This document shows, piece by piece, positions 38,876 through 48,700 of a DNA stretch of 64,000 nt. The notes below the pieces were generated by a model. It was not told the origin of the DNA. It did no database searches and saw only the letters and a program-made list of their open reading frames with translations. The stretch comes from a virus: positions 31,989 through 95,988 of the IMG/VR virus record IMGVR_UViG_3300032770_000013. One strand, written 5' to 3'. Both the position numbers and the translations under genes were made by a program. Within the stretch, counting starts at the first letter, position 1; each line of letters opens with the position of its first letter.

Positions 38876-39241
38876 TCAGTGGGTTGCGATAACAGGCTGT
38901 TCATGGCGCACCTCCTTCCGTAGTCTCTGAAAATGCTTGGGGTGAAGTACGTTCTGGTGCAGTACCGGATCGCCGAAGAACCACATCGTTATGGTCCGCG
39001 GAAATCTCCGCCGCTGGATAGCTTCGTCGATCAGATATTCGGGTGGCTCGACCTTGCCGACACCCAGCGATTTCATGAACTCGGTGCGCTGCTCGCGGAT
39101 TTCAGCGTCCTCGATATTCCGCAGCAGGCTTGAAATCTGGTGCGCCGTGGCACCGCCTAATGTCTCTCCGATCTCCCGGAGTTTTGCTCCGCTGGCGCGC
39201 ATGGTCATTGCGCGTTGTCGGTCCTCGTCGGAAAACTTCAT
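38876..39241 (-). CDS. GcrA-like HTH protein
   Basis: FSDED...MRASGAKLREIGETLGG; C-terminal FFGDP. Confidence 0.5.
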   Translation of the reverse strand: MKFSDEDRQRAMTMRASGAKLREIGETLGGATAHQISSLLRNIEDAEIREQRTEFMKSLGVGKVEPPEYLIDEAIQRRRFPRTITMWFFGDPVLHQNVLHPKHFQRLRKEVRHEQPVIATH

Positions 39242-39506
39242 TGGACCGCTTCTCTCGGAGTATCGAGAGCTTCACGGCAAGCGTCGATGCCTTCGCCGCG
39301 TCCTTCCTCACGAACAACCCGGAGCCGAGCGGCCCACAATTCCAGAACTTCGGCGACCGGGGAAATCCTAGCGTCTTGCGCCATCTGCTGCGCCAACTCA
39401 TCGGCCCAATCAGGCATCGTCTTTACCTCCACTAACCGAACACAACAATAGGATTAAATAAAATTTTCCTTGCAGTCAAGCCCTTTCTGTCTATATTTTA
39501 CAGTCT

Positions 39507-40274
39507 ATGAGCCACTACCATCCAAATCAAGATCAAGGTTGCGTCTACATCATCCGGTGCCCGGATTTTCAGCCGGACTGGGTTCGCATCGGCTTTTCTC
39601 GCTGTCCAGAATTGAGAATTAGAAAGTTCAAGAATGCGTTTGGCAGAGTTGAAGTGATTGCTATCATCCCCGGAACTCAATTGAATGAGAGGCGCGTTCA
39701 CCAACTATTGCGACAATATTCCGTTACTCCCCCAAGAAGCATTGGAGGTGCACAACGTACTTCTAGCAGTTGGTATTTAGCACATAAGAATGTTATCCTT
39801 TTTATTCTTGAAATATCTGGGGTTAACTTTAGGTGGGAAAAGTGCGAGAAAATACGGCGCGTAGAGGCAGTATCTACGCCAAGCGGACAGCTCAGAAATA
39901 ACCTACGGGGGACATTCTTTGAACCAGACCAAAATCCACAGGAATTAATCGTTATGCTACAGGAAGAGCCAGGCGAAGTTTGCCGCAAGAATTTAGTCTT
40001 ACTCGCCAAAACTTTTGCGCGAGCTACCAAGCGCCCGTTGGATCGAATCAGCGCCAAATTCTACGGCAATGTTAACTTTTTCAGGAACTTAGACGAAGGC
40101 GAGCAGACCGTCAGCCTCAAGCATCTCGACCGTCTAGTCCGTGAGTTTAAGAAGGAATGGCCGGACAATGTTCCATGGCCAGTCCTCTCTTCCGCTAGGT
40201 TCCGAGCGCCGGTTAAAAATACTGTTGTGCAGAAGCCCAAAAAGGGCTTCGTAAAAAAATCTCGAATCACGTAA
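39507..40274 (+). CDS. GIY-YIG (T5orf172-like) domain fused to a Cro-like HTH
   Basis: GCVYII...VRIGFS...PELRI...ERRVH; C-terminal LAKTFARAT...FFRNL...EWPDNVPWP. Confidence 0.55.
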   Translation: MSHYHPNQDQGCVYIIRCPDFQPDWVRIGFSRCPELRIRKFKNAFGRVEVIAIIPGTQLNERRVHQLLRQYSVTPPRSIGGAQRTSSSWYLAHKNVILFILEISGVNFRWEKCEKIRRVEAVSTPSGQLRNNLRGTFFEPDQNPQELIVMLQEEPGEVCRKNLVLLAKTFARATKRPLDRISAKFYGNVNFFRNLDEGEQTVSLKHLDRLVREFKKEWPDNVPWPVLSSARFRAPVKNTVVQKPKKGFVKKSRIT

Positions 40275-40489
40275 CTGCACGGGGCATGAATTTGCCCCTC
40301 GAAGAGGATGTCGAGGATGTGCTGCCGATACCTCTCGATCCAGTAACGGTAAAGCGATTGGCTCGGTTCGCCCGTCTCATCGGTCAGCACCCGCGTGATG
40401 TCGCGGGAATGCTGCTTTGCGACCTATTGGCCGATCAGGACTTTTGGGATGCCGCGGAAGATCACTCCCGGCTTAACTAGGAGGCTGAA

Positions 40490-40834
40490 ATGGCTAAGAA
40501 ACCCGAGAAGACCGACGAGCCGCAAGCTGCGGGGCACAATTTTGCCAAAGCTCACCTGAAATCATTTGTGGACCGTCTTGAGAGATTGGATGAAGAGAAG
40601 ACCGCAATCACGGACGATATCAAGGACGTGTATAACGAAGCGGCCAGCCAGGGATTTGATAAAAAAGTTCTACGGGCCCTTATCCGCCGCCGCAAGCAAG
40701 ACGCCAACGAACTGGCGGAGTTCGAGGCGCTGTTGGACACTTACCGCCATGCTCTCGGCGATCTGGCGACGACTCCGCTCGGCGAGGCGGCCATGAAGAA
40801 GGCCAGCAACACTGCGGCTCCCACGCCAGCATGA
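40490..40834 (+). CDS. gapR: GapR (DUF2312) nucleoid-associated protein
   Basis: LKSFVDRLERLDEEK...DIKDVYNEA...GFDKKVLRALIRRRK...LDTYRHAL. Confidence 0.9.
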   Translation: MAKKPEKTDEPQAAGHNFAKAHLKSFVDRLERLDEEKTAITDDIKDVYNEAASQGFDKKVLRALIRRRKQDANELAEFEALLDTYRHALGDLATTPLGEAAMKKASNTAAPTPA

Positions 40835-41172
40835 TCGTCCTAGACCTGCCGGAACCGCTAAGCGTAAATCGAACTCGTCGGATAGACTGGCGATCACACA
40901 AGCGGATCAAGGATTGGCAGCGCGAGGCCAACGGTTACTTTCTGACACAGAAACGCAGCCTAGCACCGCCGATCGAGGGCCAATACGAACTAACGATCGT
41001 TCTCCGGGAAGGATCGCGGCTCGATTTGGATAATGGTCTGAAATTATTGATAGATTCTCTACGCCGGTTCAATCTCGTTACCGACGATTCACCGAAGTAT
41101 TTTCGGAAGCTAGTCGTGGAATTTGGCGACGTCGAAGGATGCCGCGTTACGGTGCGGAGCCATGAAGCCTGA
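40831..41172 (+). CDS. rusA: RusA-like Holliday junction resolvase
   Basis: LPEPLSVN...DLDNGLKLLIDSL...DDS. Confidence 0.85.
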   Translation: MIVLDLPEPLSVNRTRRIDWRSHKRIKDWQREANGYFLTQKRSLAPPIEGQYELTIVLREGSRLDLDNGLKLLIDSLRRFNLVTDDSPKYFRKLVVEFGDVEGCRVTVRSHEA

Positions 41173-42523
41173 AACCTTCCTTGATGGTCGGGTATTGCTG
41201 TGGTGCGGCGATTGCCTCGAGATAATGGAGGCATTAGCGGAAAATTCTATCGACGCGGTTATCTGTGATCCACCTTACCACCTCCAATCGATCACAAAGA
41301 GATTTGCCAAGACGGGGCGTACCGACAAAACCCGAACCACGTCAGGCCCACACCAACGCACGGCCAATGGATTCATGAACCACCAATGGGACGGCGGCGA
41401 TGTAGCATTTCGCGCTGAGACGTGGGCCAAAGCATATCGTATTTTGAAACCAGGTTCCTACCTCATAGCATTTTCGTCAACGCGCACCTTTGGCCGCATG
41501 CAAGTTGCCATTGAAGACGCTGGTTTTATCACACATCCATTTATCGCTTGGATCTTCTCCCAAGGTTTTCCAAAGGCACACCGCGTCACGGCGAGCGGCT
41601 TAACCGAACTTGACCGCGCTACGGATGGTTGGGAAGGATGGCGCTATGGTACGCAATCTTTGAAACCAGCAATCGAGCCTATCTATGTAGGACAAAAGCC
41701 TTTTGAGGACGACCTTACGGGAACTGAAAACATCATAAAATGGGGGGTTGGCGCCCTCAACATTGACGGTTGCCGAGTGCCTTGCGCCGAAGCCGCTATT
41801 GAGCGAGATGGCGAGCAAACTGCCGAACAGCGTTACACCGACGAAGGGGCTACCGATTTTGCCGCGAGACCGGGAAAACGTCGCGGACGCCCATTGCGGA
41901 TCATAGACCCGAAGCCAGAAGCGAACGGCGTTGTATACTCCGGACGTCGTGTCGCCGGTCACGGTTTCGATGGCGGTTCAAAAGCCGTAGGCGAAACTAC
42001 GCTTGGCCGCTGGCCCGCTAACATAATCTTGGACGGCAGCGAGGAAGTGATTGCCGCGTTTCCTGACGCGCCAGGGCAGCAGTTCTATGTGTGGCCAGAA
42101 CACGGCGAACGGCCTTCTCGAGGCATTTATGGCGATTTTGGCGCTCGGCCCCCGAATGAACCGCGCACCGATGGCGGATCTGCCGCTCGCTTCTTTTACA
42201 GCGCAAAAGCTGATTCTGACGACCGCATCGGTTCCAAGCATCCGACCGTGAAGCCCATAAACCTCATCCGCTACCTTGTAAGGCTCGTGTGTCCGCCTAA
42301 TGGAACGGTGCTTGATCAATTCGCCGGGACCGGGACAACCGCAGAGGCGGCTTTCTATGAGGGAATGCGGGCCATCCTAATCGAACGCGAGGGTGAGTAC
42401 CAAGACGATATCCGCCGACGGATGAAACTCTGCCTCGGCGGACCGGATGAGCGGGCCAGAGAATCGATCAAGGCCAAAACCAAAGACAAGCCGATCGATG
42501 CAGGCCCTCTGTTCAACCGATAG
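41162..42523 (+). CDS. DNA N6-adenine/N4-cytosine methyltransferase (beta class)
   Basis: GDCLE, DPPY, GFPK, GRWPAN, HPTVKP, VLDQFAGTGTT. Confidence 0.9.
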   Translation: MKPETFLDGRVLLWCGDCLEIMEALAENSIDAVICDPPYHLQSITKRFAKTGRTDKTRTTSGPHQRTANGFMNHQWDGGDVAFRAETWAKAYRILKPGSYLIAFSSTRTFGRMQVAIEDAGFITHPFIAWIFSQGFPKAHRVTASGLTELDRATDGWEGWRYGTQSLKPAIEPIYVGQKPFEDDLTGTENIIKWGVGALNIDGCRVPCAEAAIERDGEQTAEQRYTDEGATDFAARPGKRRGRPLRIIDPKPEANGVVYSGRRVAGHGFDGGSKAVGETTLGRWPANIILDGSEEVIAAFPDAPGQQFYVWPEHGERPSRGIYGDFGARPPNEPRTDGGSAARFFYSAKADSDDRIGSKHPTVKPINLIRYLVRLVCPPNGTVLDQFAGTGTTAEAAFYEGMRAILIEREGEYQDDIRRRMKLCLGGPDERARESIKAKTKDKPIDAGPLFNR

Positions 42524-42582
42524 GGTCCAGATAGCCGCCGCCATACTACCAGTATGGCTTGGATTTTTCTCGAATCGCCCCT

Positions 42583-42624
42583 AAAAAACAAATGCCCGGC
42601 TCGGGGGCTTATGCCGAGCCGGGC
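42583..42624 (-). terminator. Intrinsic terminator-like hairpin (T-tract on the minus strand)
   Basis: GCCCGGCTCGG/CCGAGCCGGGC 11-bp perfect stem next to an A-tract on the plus strand. Confidence 0.55.
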
Positions 42625-42728
42625 GGATCGCAATTGGTCTTGGCAGGCAGATTGCGACCTAGGACGGTAAATGCCTTACCGTTTCCTTCCGTTCCCGTCA
42701 AACCAAGCCTGCCACGGACCGATAATCT

Positions 42729-43256
42729 TTGGCGCGCGTGCCCAGAAATAAACGGCAGAACGGACGCTTTGCCTCCAAATTCAGGAGAAATGCGATCCGT
42801 TTCCTTTCGCGCAAAGGCTTGATTGCCGCCCGCGGCATCGAGGTCAGCAACAAAGACCTAGTCGAAATCCTCCTGACACTTTTCCCAACTGCTCCCAAAA
42901 CGGGACGCTTCGCCCAATATCAATTTTTCATCGACGCCGTAGGACCGCAAAAGCCGCCCCAATCGGTCATAGATCGTAAGGAACGACAACGATTCTACGA
43001 CTCCGACGAGTGGCGCACGCTTCGTTACAGTGCCCTCTTGCGGCGTAACGGCTGCTGCCAATGCTGCGGCAGACGACCAACGGCGCAAAACCCGCTGCAC
43101 GTTGACCACATCAAGCCGCGCTCAAAATACCCAGAATTAGAACTCGAACTCTCAAACCTCCAAGTTTTGTGCCGAGATTGCAATCTCGGGAAGCGTGCTT
43201 GGGACGAAACGGACTGGCGAGACAATGTCATCGCCTTTCCCAATCCGCGTAGCTGA
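42729..43256 (+). CDS. HNH endonuclease
   Basis: FYDSDEWRTLRY...CQCCG...LHVDHIKPRSKYPEL...NLQVLCRDCNLGK. Confidence 0.9.
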   Translation: MARVPRNKRQNGRFASKFRRNAIRFLSRKGLIAARGIEVSNKDLVEILLTLFPTAPKTGRFAQYQFFIDAVGPQKPPQSVIDRKERQRFYDSDEWRTLRYSALLRRNGCCQCCGRRPTAQNPLHVDHIKPRSKYPELELELSNLQVLCRDCNLGKRAWDETDWRDNVIAFPNPRS

Positions 43257-43628
43257 GGCTTATCGGCGAGCCAATCCGGTCTCAGTTTTGGATGTGGATG
43301 CTAGGAGAGGATGCGCGCAAAGCATCGTGGGGTCTGGTCGCAAGAGAGGTGCCCCTGCGCGTCACGCGAGCAGCGTGAAAAAGTCTCTCGATAGCGGGTG
43401 CTGTTCAAAAGCCCGCGTCTCCGGCATGCGGGGCCTCGTCCGAAAGGGCAATGCTCTACCCCGGAAGACCGCCAAGGTGCTCACTTGCGAGCGCCTAGGT
43501 TTGGTCTTTCCGGAACCGCAAAGCCTGAACCGAAGGGCAATGACCTTAAGGATTAACTCTTACTTTCTTCTTTCAAACCTATAGAAATTCTTTCTTGTTG
43601 GGTCTTAAAATTTTGCGCGCGATGAGCC

Positions 43629-43656
43629 TGTGGATAAGTGTTAATAGTGGGGATAA
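43629..43656. promoter_or_regulatory. Two DnaA-box-like 9-mers after an AT-rich tract (possible origin)
   Basis: TGTGGATAA 43629-43637 (perfect) and TGGGGATAA 43648-43656. Confidence 0.4.
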
Positions 43657-43671
43657 GTAAAGGAGCAAAAG

Positions 43672-43941
43672 ATGAAAGTGCACGAGCTAAAATCGTGGTG
43701 CGACTTCTTTGAGCCGGTATTCAACGGCAGCAAGAAATTCGAGTTGCGGGTAAACGATCGCAAGTTTCAAGTCGGCGACTTCTTGTATTTGCGGGAATAT
43801 GACGACCGGAAAGGCAAATATACTGGCCGCTCAATCCGGAAGCGGGTGACCTATCTACTCGACGGTATTGGCCAAGGTTCGATTGCTCCGCTTATGGGAT
43901 TGAACCGGAACTTTTGCATCATGTCATTGGAGGACGAATGA
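43672..43941 (+). CDS. DUF3850/ASCH-like protein
   Basis: HELKSW..FF..V..GSKKFELRVNDRKFQVGD.L.LREY. Confidence 0.85.
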   Translation: MKVHELKSWCDFFEPVFNGSKKFELRVNDRKFQVGDFLYLREYDDRKGKYTGRSIRKRVTYLLDGIGQGSIAPLMGLNRNFCIMSLEDE

Positions 43942-44506
43942 GCGACGCTCAAACCCGCCGCGGCAACATCCGCCCACCTCGAGACGATAAAGCCGCCCTA
44001 ATGGGTCTAGCCCTGCTGGCGGCAATCGAATACGAGGTAGTTGGCCTACCGCTTACCGAGGAGGAGCAGCGTCGCGCCGATCATCAGAAATGACCGGTGC
44101 AGGCCAAGCTTTTGGCGGCATACCTTCGATACCGACGAGCTCGTCCGCCCAAGTGCCGAGCAGGTAAGCCAAAGCCGCCCGGCCTTGCATGGTGATCTGG
44201 GTATGCTTGGGAGCCACGTTGTCATCGTATTTGATCCAGCCGCGGCCGACTATGGCGGTCAGATTGCGGCGCCGCTGATAATCGCCAGCAACTTCAACTA
44301 CCCGGTTATCTAGGTGCTCCAGCATGATGTACCGGACACGATGTGAGGCTAGGTATGAGGTGTTGGATTCCATTGGCGGCCTCCATTGGACGGCCAAAGT
44401 TATACACCGGATTTGATCGCCAGCAACGGGAAAAAAATACCAAGCAAAATTGACAAGAATGCACGAATGAGTATGCTGCCCATCGATCAGTCAAGAGGAG
44501 ATTGAA

Positions 44507-44908
44507 ATGGGAACGCGCGCGGACTTCTATGTTGGAACTGGTAAAGACGCGGAGTGGCTCGGCTCAATTGCCTACGATGGCTACCGCGTTAACGACATGA
44601 AAGAGGCGGACGCCAAGGATAACGCCGACTTTGAAGCCTGTTGGGCGATCAAGTCCGCGACTAACGAAACTGATTATCGAGCTGCTGTAGTCACGTTGCT
44701 TTCGCTAAATGACGACGCAACACTGCCGGCGGATGGTTGGCCGTGGCCATGGGATGACAGTCACACGACCGACTACGCCTATGCTTTTGTGGATGGTAGC
44801 TGCAAAGCATTTCCGTGGGGCAAAGGCGTCGATTGGCCAAATATGAAAGACCGTCAGAACATCACGCTGGGGAAGCGAAGCGGGTTGCTGATAATCGGCA
44901 AGTTGTAA
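44507..44908 (+). CDS. Hypothetical protein
   Basis: SD GAGGAG; TTGACA-N16-TATGCT upstream. Confidence 0.65.
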   Translation: MGTRADFYVGTGKDAEWLGSIAYDGYRVNDMKEADAKDNADFEACWAIKSATNETDYRAAVVTLLSLNDDATLPADGWPWPWDDSHTTDYAYAFVDGSCKAFPWGKGVDWPNMKDRQNITLGKRSGLLIIGKL

Positions 44909-45489
44909 TGCTCTCGATCACCGACATAGACGCTATGATCGCCCCAGGCCGCTACTCTCCGCGGTTCGGCTGGCACGATAACCACCGGGAGGCAGACGGC
45001 ACCGCCGATTATCTCCCGGCTCTTATGCAGGTCCGCTCCGAGTTCGAGCGATTGCTTGAAGTCATCAACAGCACAGGCGTAAGCCGCAGCCGATGTCTGC
45101 AACTCGGCCTTGGACATTGCCGAGCCTCACATGACGTCTGGAATGCAATCTTCGACGATGGCGCGGTAACGATCGACTACGGTGCCTGTCTTATCGGCGG
45201 CGAGGGGGATCTGCCCGGCGCCGACACCGGGAGCACCCGTGCACTTGGGTTAGCTTCGCGATATGCTCGCTACGGCATGCTGATAATCGACGCCGGCCAT
45301 ACCTATGCCGATGTGGAGCGGGATCACAGGGACTATGCGCCGTTGGTTCATCCTGGCGGGGTGATTGCCTTTCACGATGCCACCCACCGTCCGCAATTCA
45401 AAGAATTGGACGTGTGGAAATATCTTGAGACTTTGCCGGACATTCAGATGATCGTCGGCGAGGTCGGCTGGGGTTATCTGCTGGTGTAA
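44908..45489 (+). CDS. Class I SAM methyltransferase (paralog of 26140-26730)
   Basis: GRYSPRFGWH, YLPA, CLQLGLG, LIIDAGHTY, PGGVIAFHD; TAATG overlap. Confidence 0.75.
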   Translation: MLSITDIDAMIAPGRYSPRFGWHDNHREADGTADYLPALMQVRSEFERLLEVINSTGVSRSRCLQLGLGHCRASHDVWNAIFDDGAVTIDYGACLIGGEGDLPGADTGSTRALGLASRYARYGMLIIDAGHTYADVERDHRDYAPLVHPGGVIAFHDATHRPQFKELDVWKYLETLPDIQMIVGEVGWGYLLV

Positions 45490-45720
45490 ATCATGAACCA
45501 AGCCGAGAGAAAAACTAGCGACTATCTTGCCGGATGGCACGATGCTGTTGCAGCAACGAGACCGCCGCGCATTCTCACCGTAGGTGAAGCGGAGGAATTG
45601 CTGCAACGATGTGAGAAGCCGAGATTAGGACCAAACAACAGCACATCGGACATGATCATTCCAACTGAGATTCTTCACGAATTACTTGTTGTTTGGAAGG
45701 CCGCCCGCGGAAAGAGCTAA

Positions 45721-48700
45721 ATGTCCATTGCCAATATTACCCCGAAAGACGATTGGCCGCTCCTCCTAAAGGACAAAGTCTCCCGGCTCGCTATCCTCGA
45801 CCGCCGGTATGAGTATGAGAATAACTTTAGCTTGTTCTTGGAGCAGGCGTGGCCGTCAATGGACGGCTCGCCGTATCAAAAATCTTGGGTTCTGCCGGCA
45901 CTATGCGACCACCTCGAGGCGGTCACGACTGGGCATATTAAACGCCTGCTGGTCAATCTGCCGCCAAGGTGCGGCAAGCCCGTTTGTGAGGACGAGTGGG
46001 TCGTTGAACGTGCACGCGGCCGAATTAGGCTCGCCGATATTAAGGTCGGGGACCTCATTCTCACTCATCGCGGTCGTTTCCGTCGGGTGGCTGAAGTCCA
46101 CCTTCAGGGGATTCTCCCAATCACCAAGATTGAAACTTGGTCTGGCCGCGTAGTACGGGCCGCAGCAGATCATCCCTTTTTGACTACGGAAGGCTGGAAA
46201 GAAGTTCGTGAATTGTTGGTAGGAGATTCGCTGGGCTTAGTATCGCCATTGGAGAATTGCGGCAGTGAGACCTTGCGTCCAGAAGAAGCTCGTCTTTTGG
46301 GATATCTAATAGGTGATGGAAGTATCGCTCAAGGTCAGCCAGGCGTAACAACAGCATCCGTAGGTGTGAGTGATGACGTAAAGGCATGTGCGGCAGCAAT
46401 GGGTTGGCACACAAGGGAGAGTTCCACCCAAAGCAACGCTTGGCTCGTCGTAATTAAACAACATGCTGGAACGACCAGAGGGCCTAACAAATCAGGGTGG
46501 AGACAATGGCTTGAATACCATCGACTATATGGAACGACGAGTTATACGAAGCGCGTGCCGCTGGCTGTAATGGGTGCCTCTAAAGAGATAATTGCGGAAT
46601 TTCTAGGGGCCTATTGGTCTTGCGATGGCCATATCACCGGTCGGGGTAAGCGGGGTGATGGGCGGGAACGCGGCGACTGTGTTGTTGGCTGCGACAGTGT
46701 CAGTCGTGATTTAATGCTGGATGTCCAGCATTTACTTCTGCGACTCGGCATTTTCAGTAGAATACGCCAAAGGCGTGCCAAGATAAAAACCAAACGGCAG
46801 GGCGATGAATACATCTCTTGGTCTCTGACACTAAGCCGGACAGATGATGTTGCGAAGTTCGCAAAAAGGATAAAGCTAGCTCACGAGAAAAGGGTGCGTC
46901 TCGAAAGTCTCGTGCATAGGACCGATTTCGATCGAGCTCTTACTGCTGACCAGATTACTTATATTGAACCCTGCGGTACGGCAGTATGCCGATGCTTAAC
47001 GGTGGAAGACGACGCTTCGTTCACAGCCGCTGATTTTGCAGTCCACAATTCCCTGACGACTTCAATCGCGTGGCCAGCTTGGATCTGGGCTAGAGAACAG
47101 CAGACGTTTGTAAGCGGACCTGGCGTCAAGCTATTAACGGCCAGCTACGGCGCTCATCTTTCGTTAGATCATTCAAACAAAACCAGACAATTGATACTCA
47201 GTCCTTGGTATCAGACTCATTGGGCCGACCGCTTTTCGCTGCGGCAAGATACAAATTCAAAATCGCAATTCGCAAATACGAAAGGCGGCGAACGTCAGGC
47301 AACATCGGTCGGAGGGTCATTGCTTGGCCTAGGGGGTATGATTCTTACAGTCGACGACGCCCACAATGTTGAGACAGAAAAAAAGATAGAGACCGATGCA
47401 GACCGCCGCAGGGTCGCAAGTTGGTGGAAGGAATTACATTCAACGCGCCTCAATGATCCGAAACAGGGCGCAATCGTAGTGATAATGCAAAGGCTGCATC
47501 AATGCCTTGTGAAAGGCACGCCTGTCCGAGTGCCTTCGGGTGAAGCAAAAATTGAGTCTCTCAAAGTGGGAGATCAGGTCTACGGATCGAATGGATGGCA
47601 GCAAATATCGCATGTTGGTTCTCGGCGCTATAAAGGTTTTTCGTATGGCGTCAGAGTTTGCGGTCATTACATTACCTCATGGACGACGAATAATCATTTG
47701 TATTTGACCAAACGTGGGTGGGTAAGAGCGGACGAACTTAAGAAAGCAGATTGGGTTTGTTTGCCAATACTGAAACAAAAAGAAACCTTGGATGTTCCAT
47801 GGGAGCCAGTCAAATGGGCACCTCCGCCGCGAGCGCCGACTGGGAACGCAAAGGCAAATCATAAGAGGCAAACCACAATCAATGAAGCTGAACTGCGTGA
47901 GTTGATTGCTCGCGGTCTAACAAATTGTGAGATCGCGAAACTACTTGGCGTTCATCGTAACACAATCCATAACTCAATGTTTTTCTATCGAATTAATCGA
48001 ATGATGGATCGCAATCCCATTTTTGGAGTGGCCCATCTAGATGATCCTGATTTCTGGCGAGTTGTTGGTTTGTGGATTGCTGAGGGCTCGTTTTGTCTTG
48101 GTAGAGGAAAGATTTGCGGAATAAGATTCACATTTGGCTCTCACGAACCTCATTTCGTCGCGTTTGTGAGAAAAATAATGGGACGATATGGCGTTTCCTC
48201 CTACGGTAAGGTTCCGCATCCAAGTTGTCTTGAGGCGAGTTTGTTTTGTTCGCAACTCGCTAGATGGCTGTGCAAGCATTTTGGGCGCGGCGCGCACAAC
48301 AAACGACTTCCATCGTTCGCATTTTCATTGCCAGAGGCTTATCGTCGCCAAATTTTAGAAGGATGGTTGGATGGCGATGGATGTGTTAGACAGGACGGTG
48401 CGCGACGGGGCTCTACTGTCAGCGTCGCGTTAGTACACGATATGCAGCGTTTAGCTCTTGGTCTTGGATTGCGTTGTTTTATATATAAAAGTCGGAGTTA
48501 CGAAACCATAATAAATGGTCAGAAAGTTACGCCTTGTGGCTATCAATTTGAACTTAGATTTGCTTGGCCGCGGCACAAGAATGCCGTTGCTCCCCAAAGA
48601 TCAATTATTGATGGCGGGTTTCTTTGGTCAAAAGTCGCGTCGATTAAGAAAGAGCCGTATAACGGTAAAGTATATGATATAACGACACCTAGCCACGATT

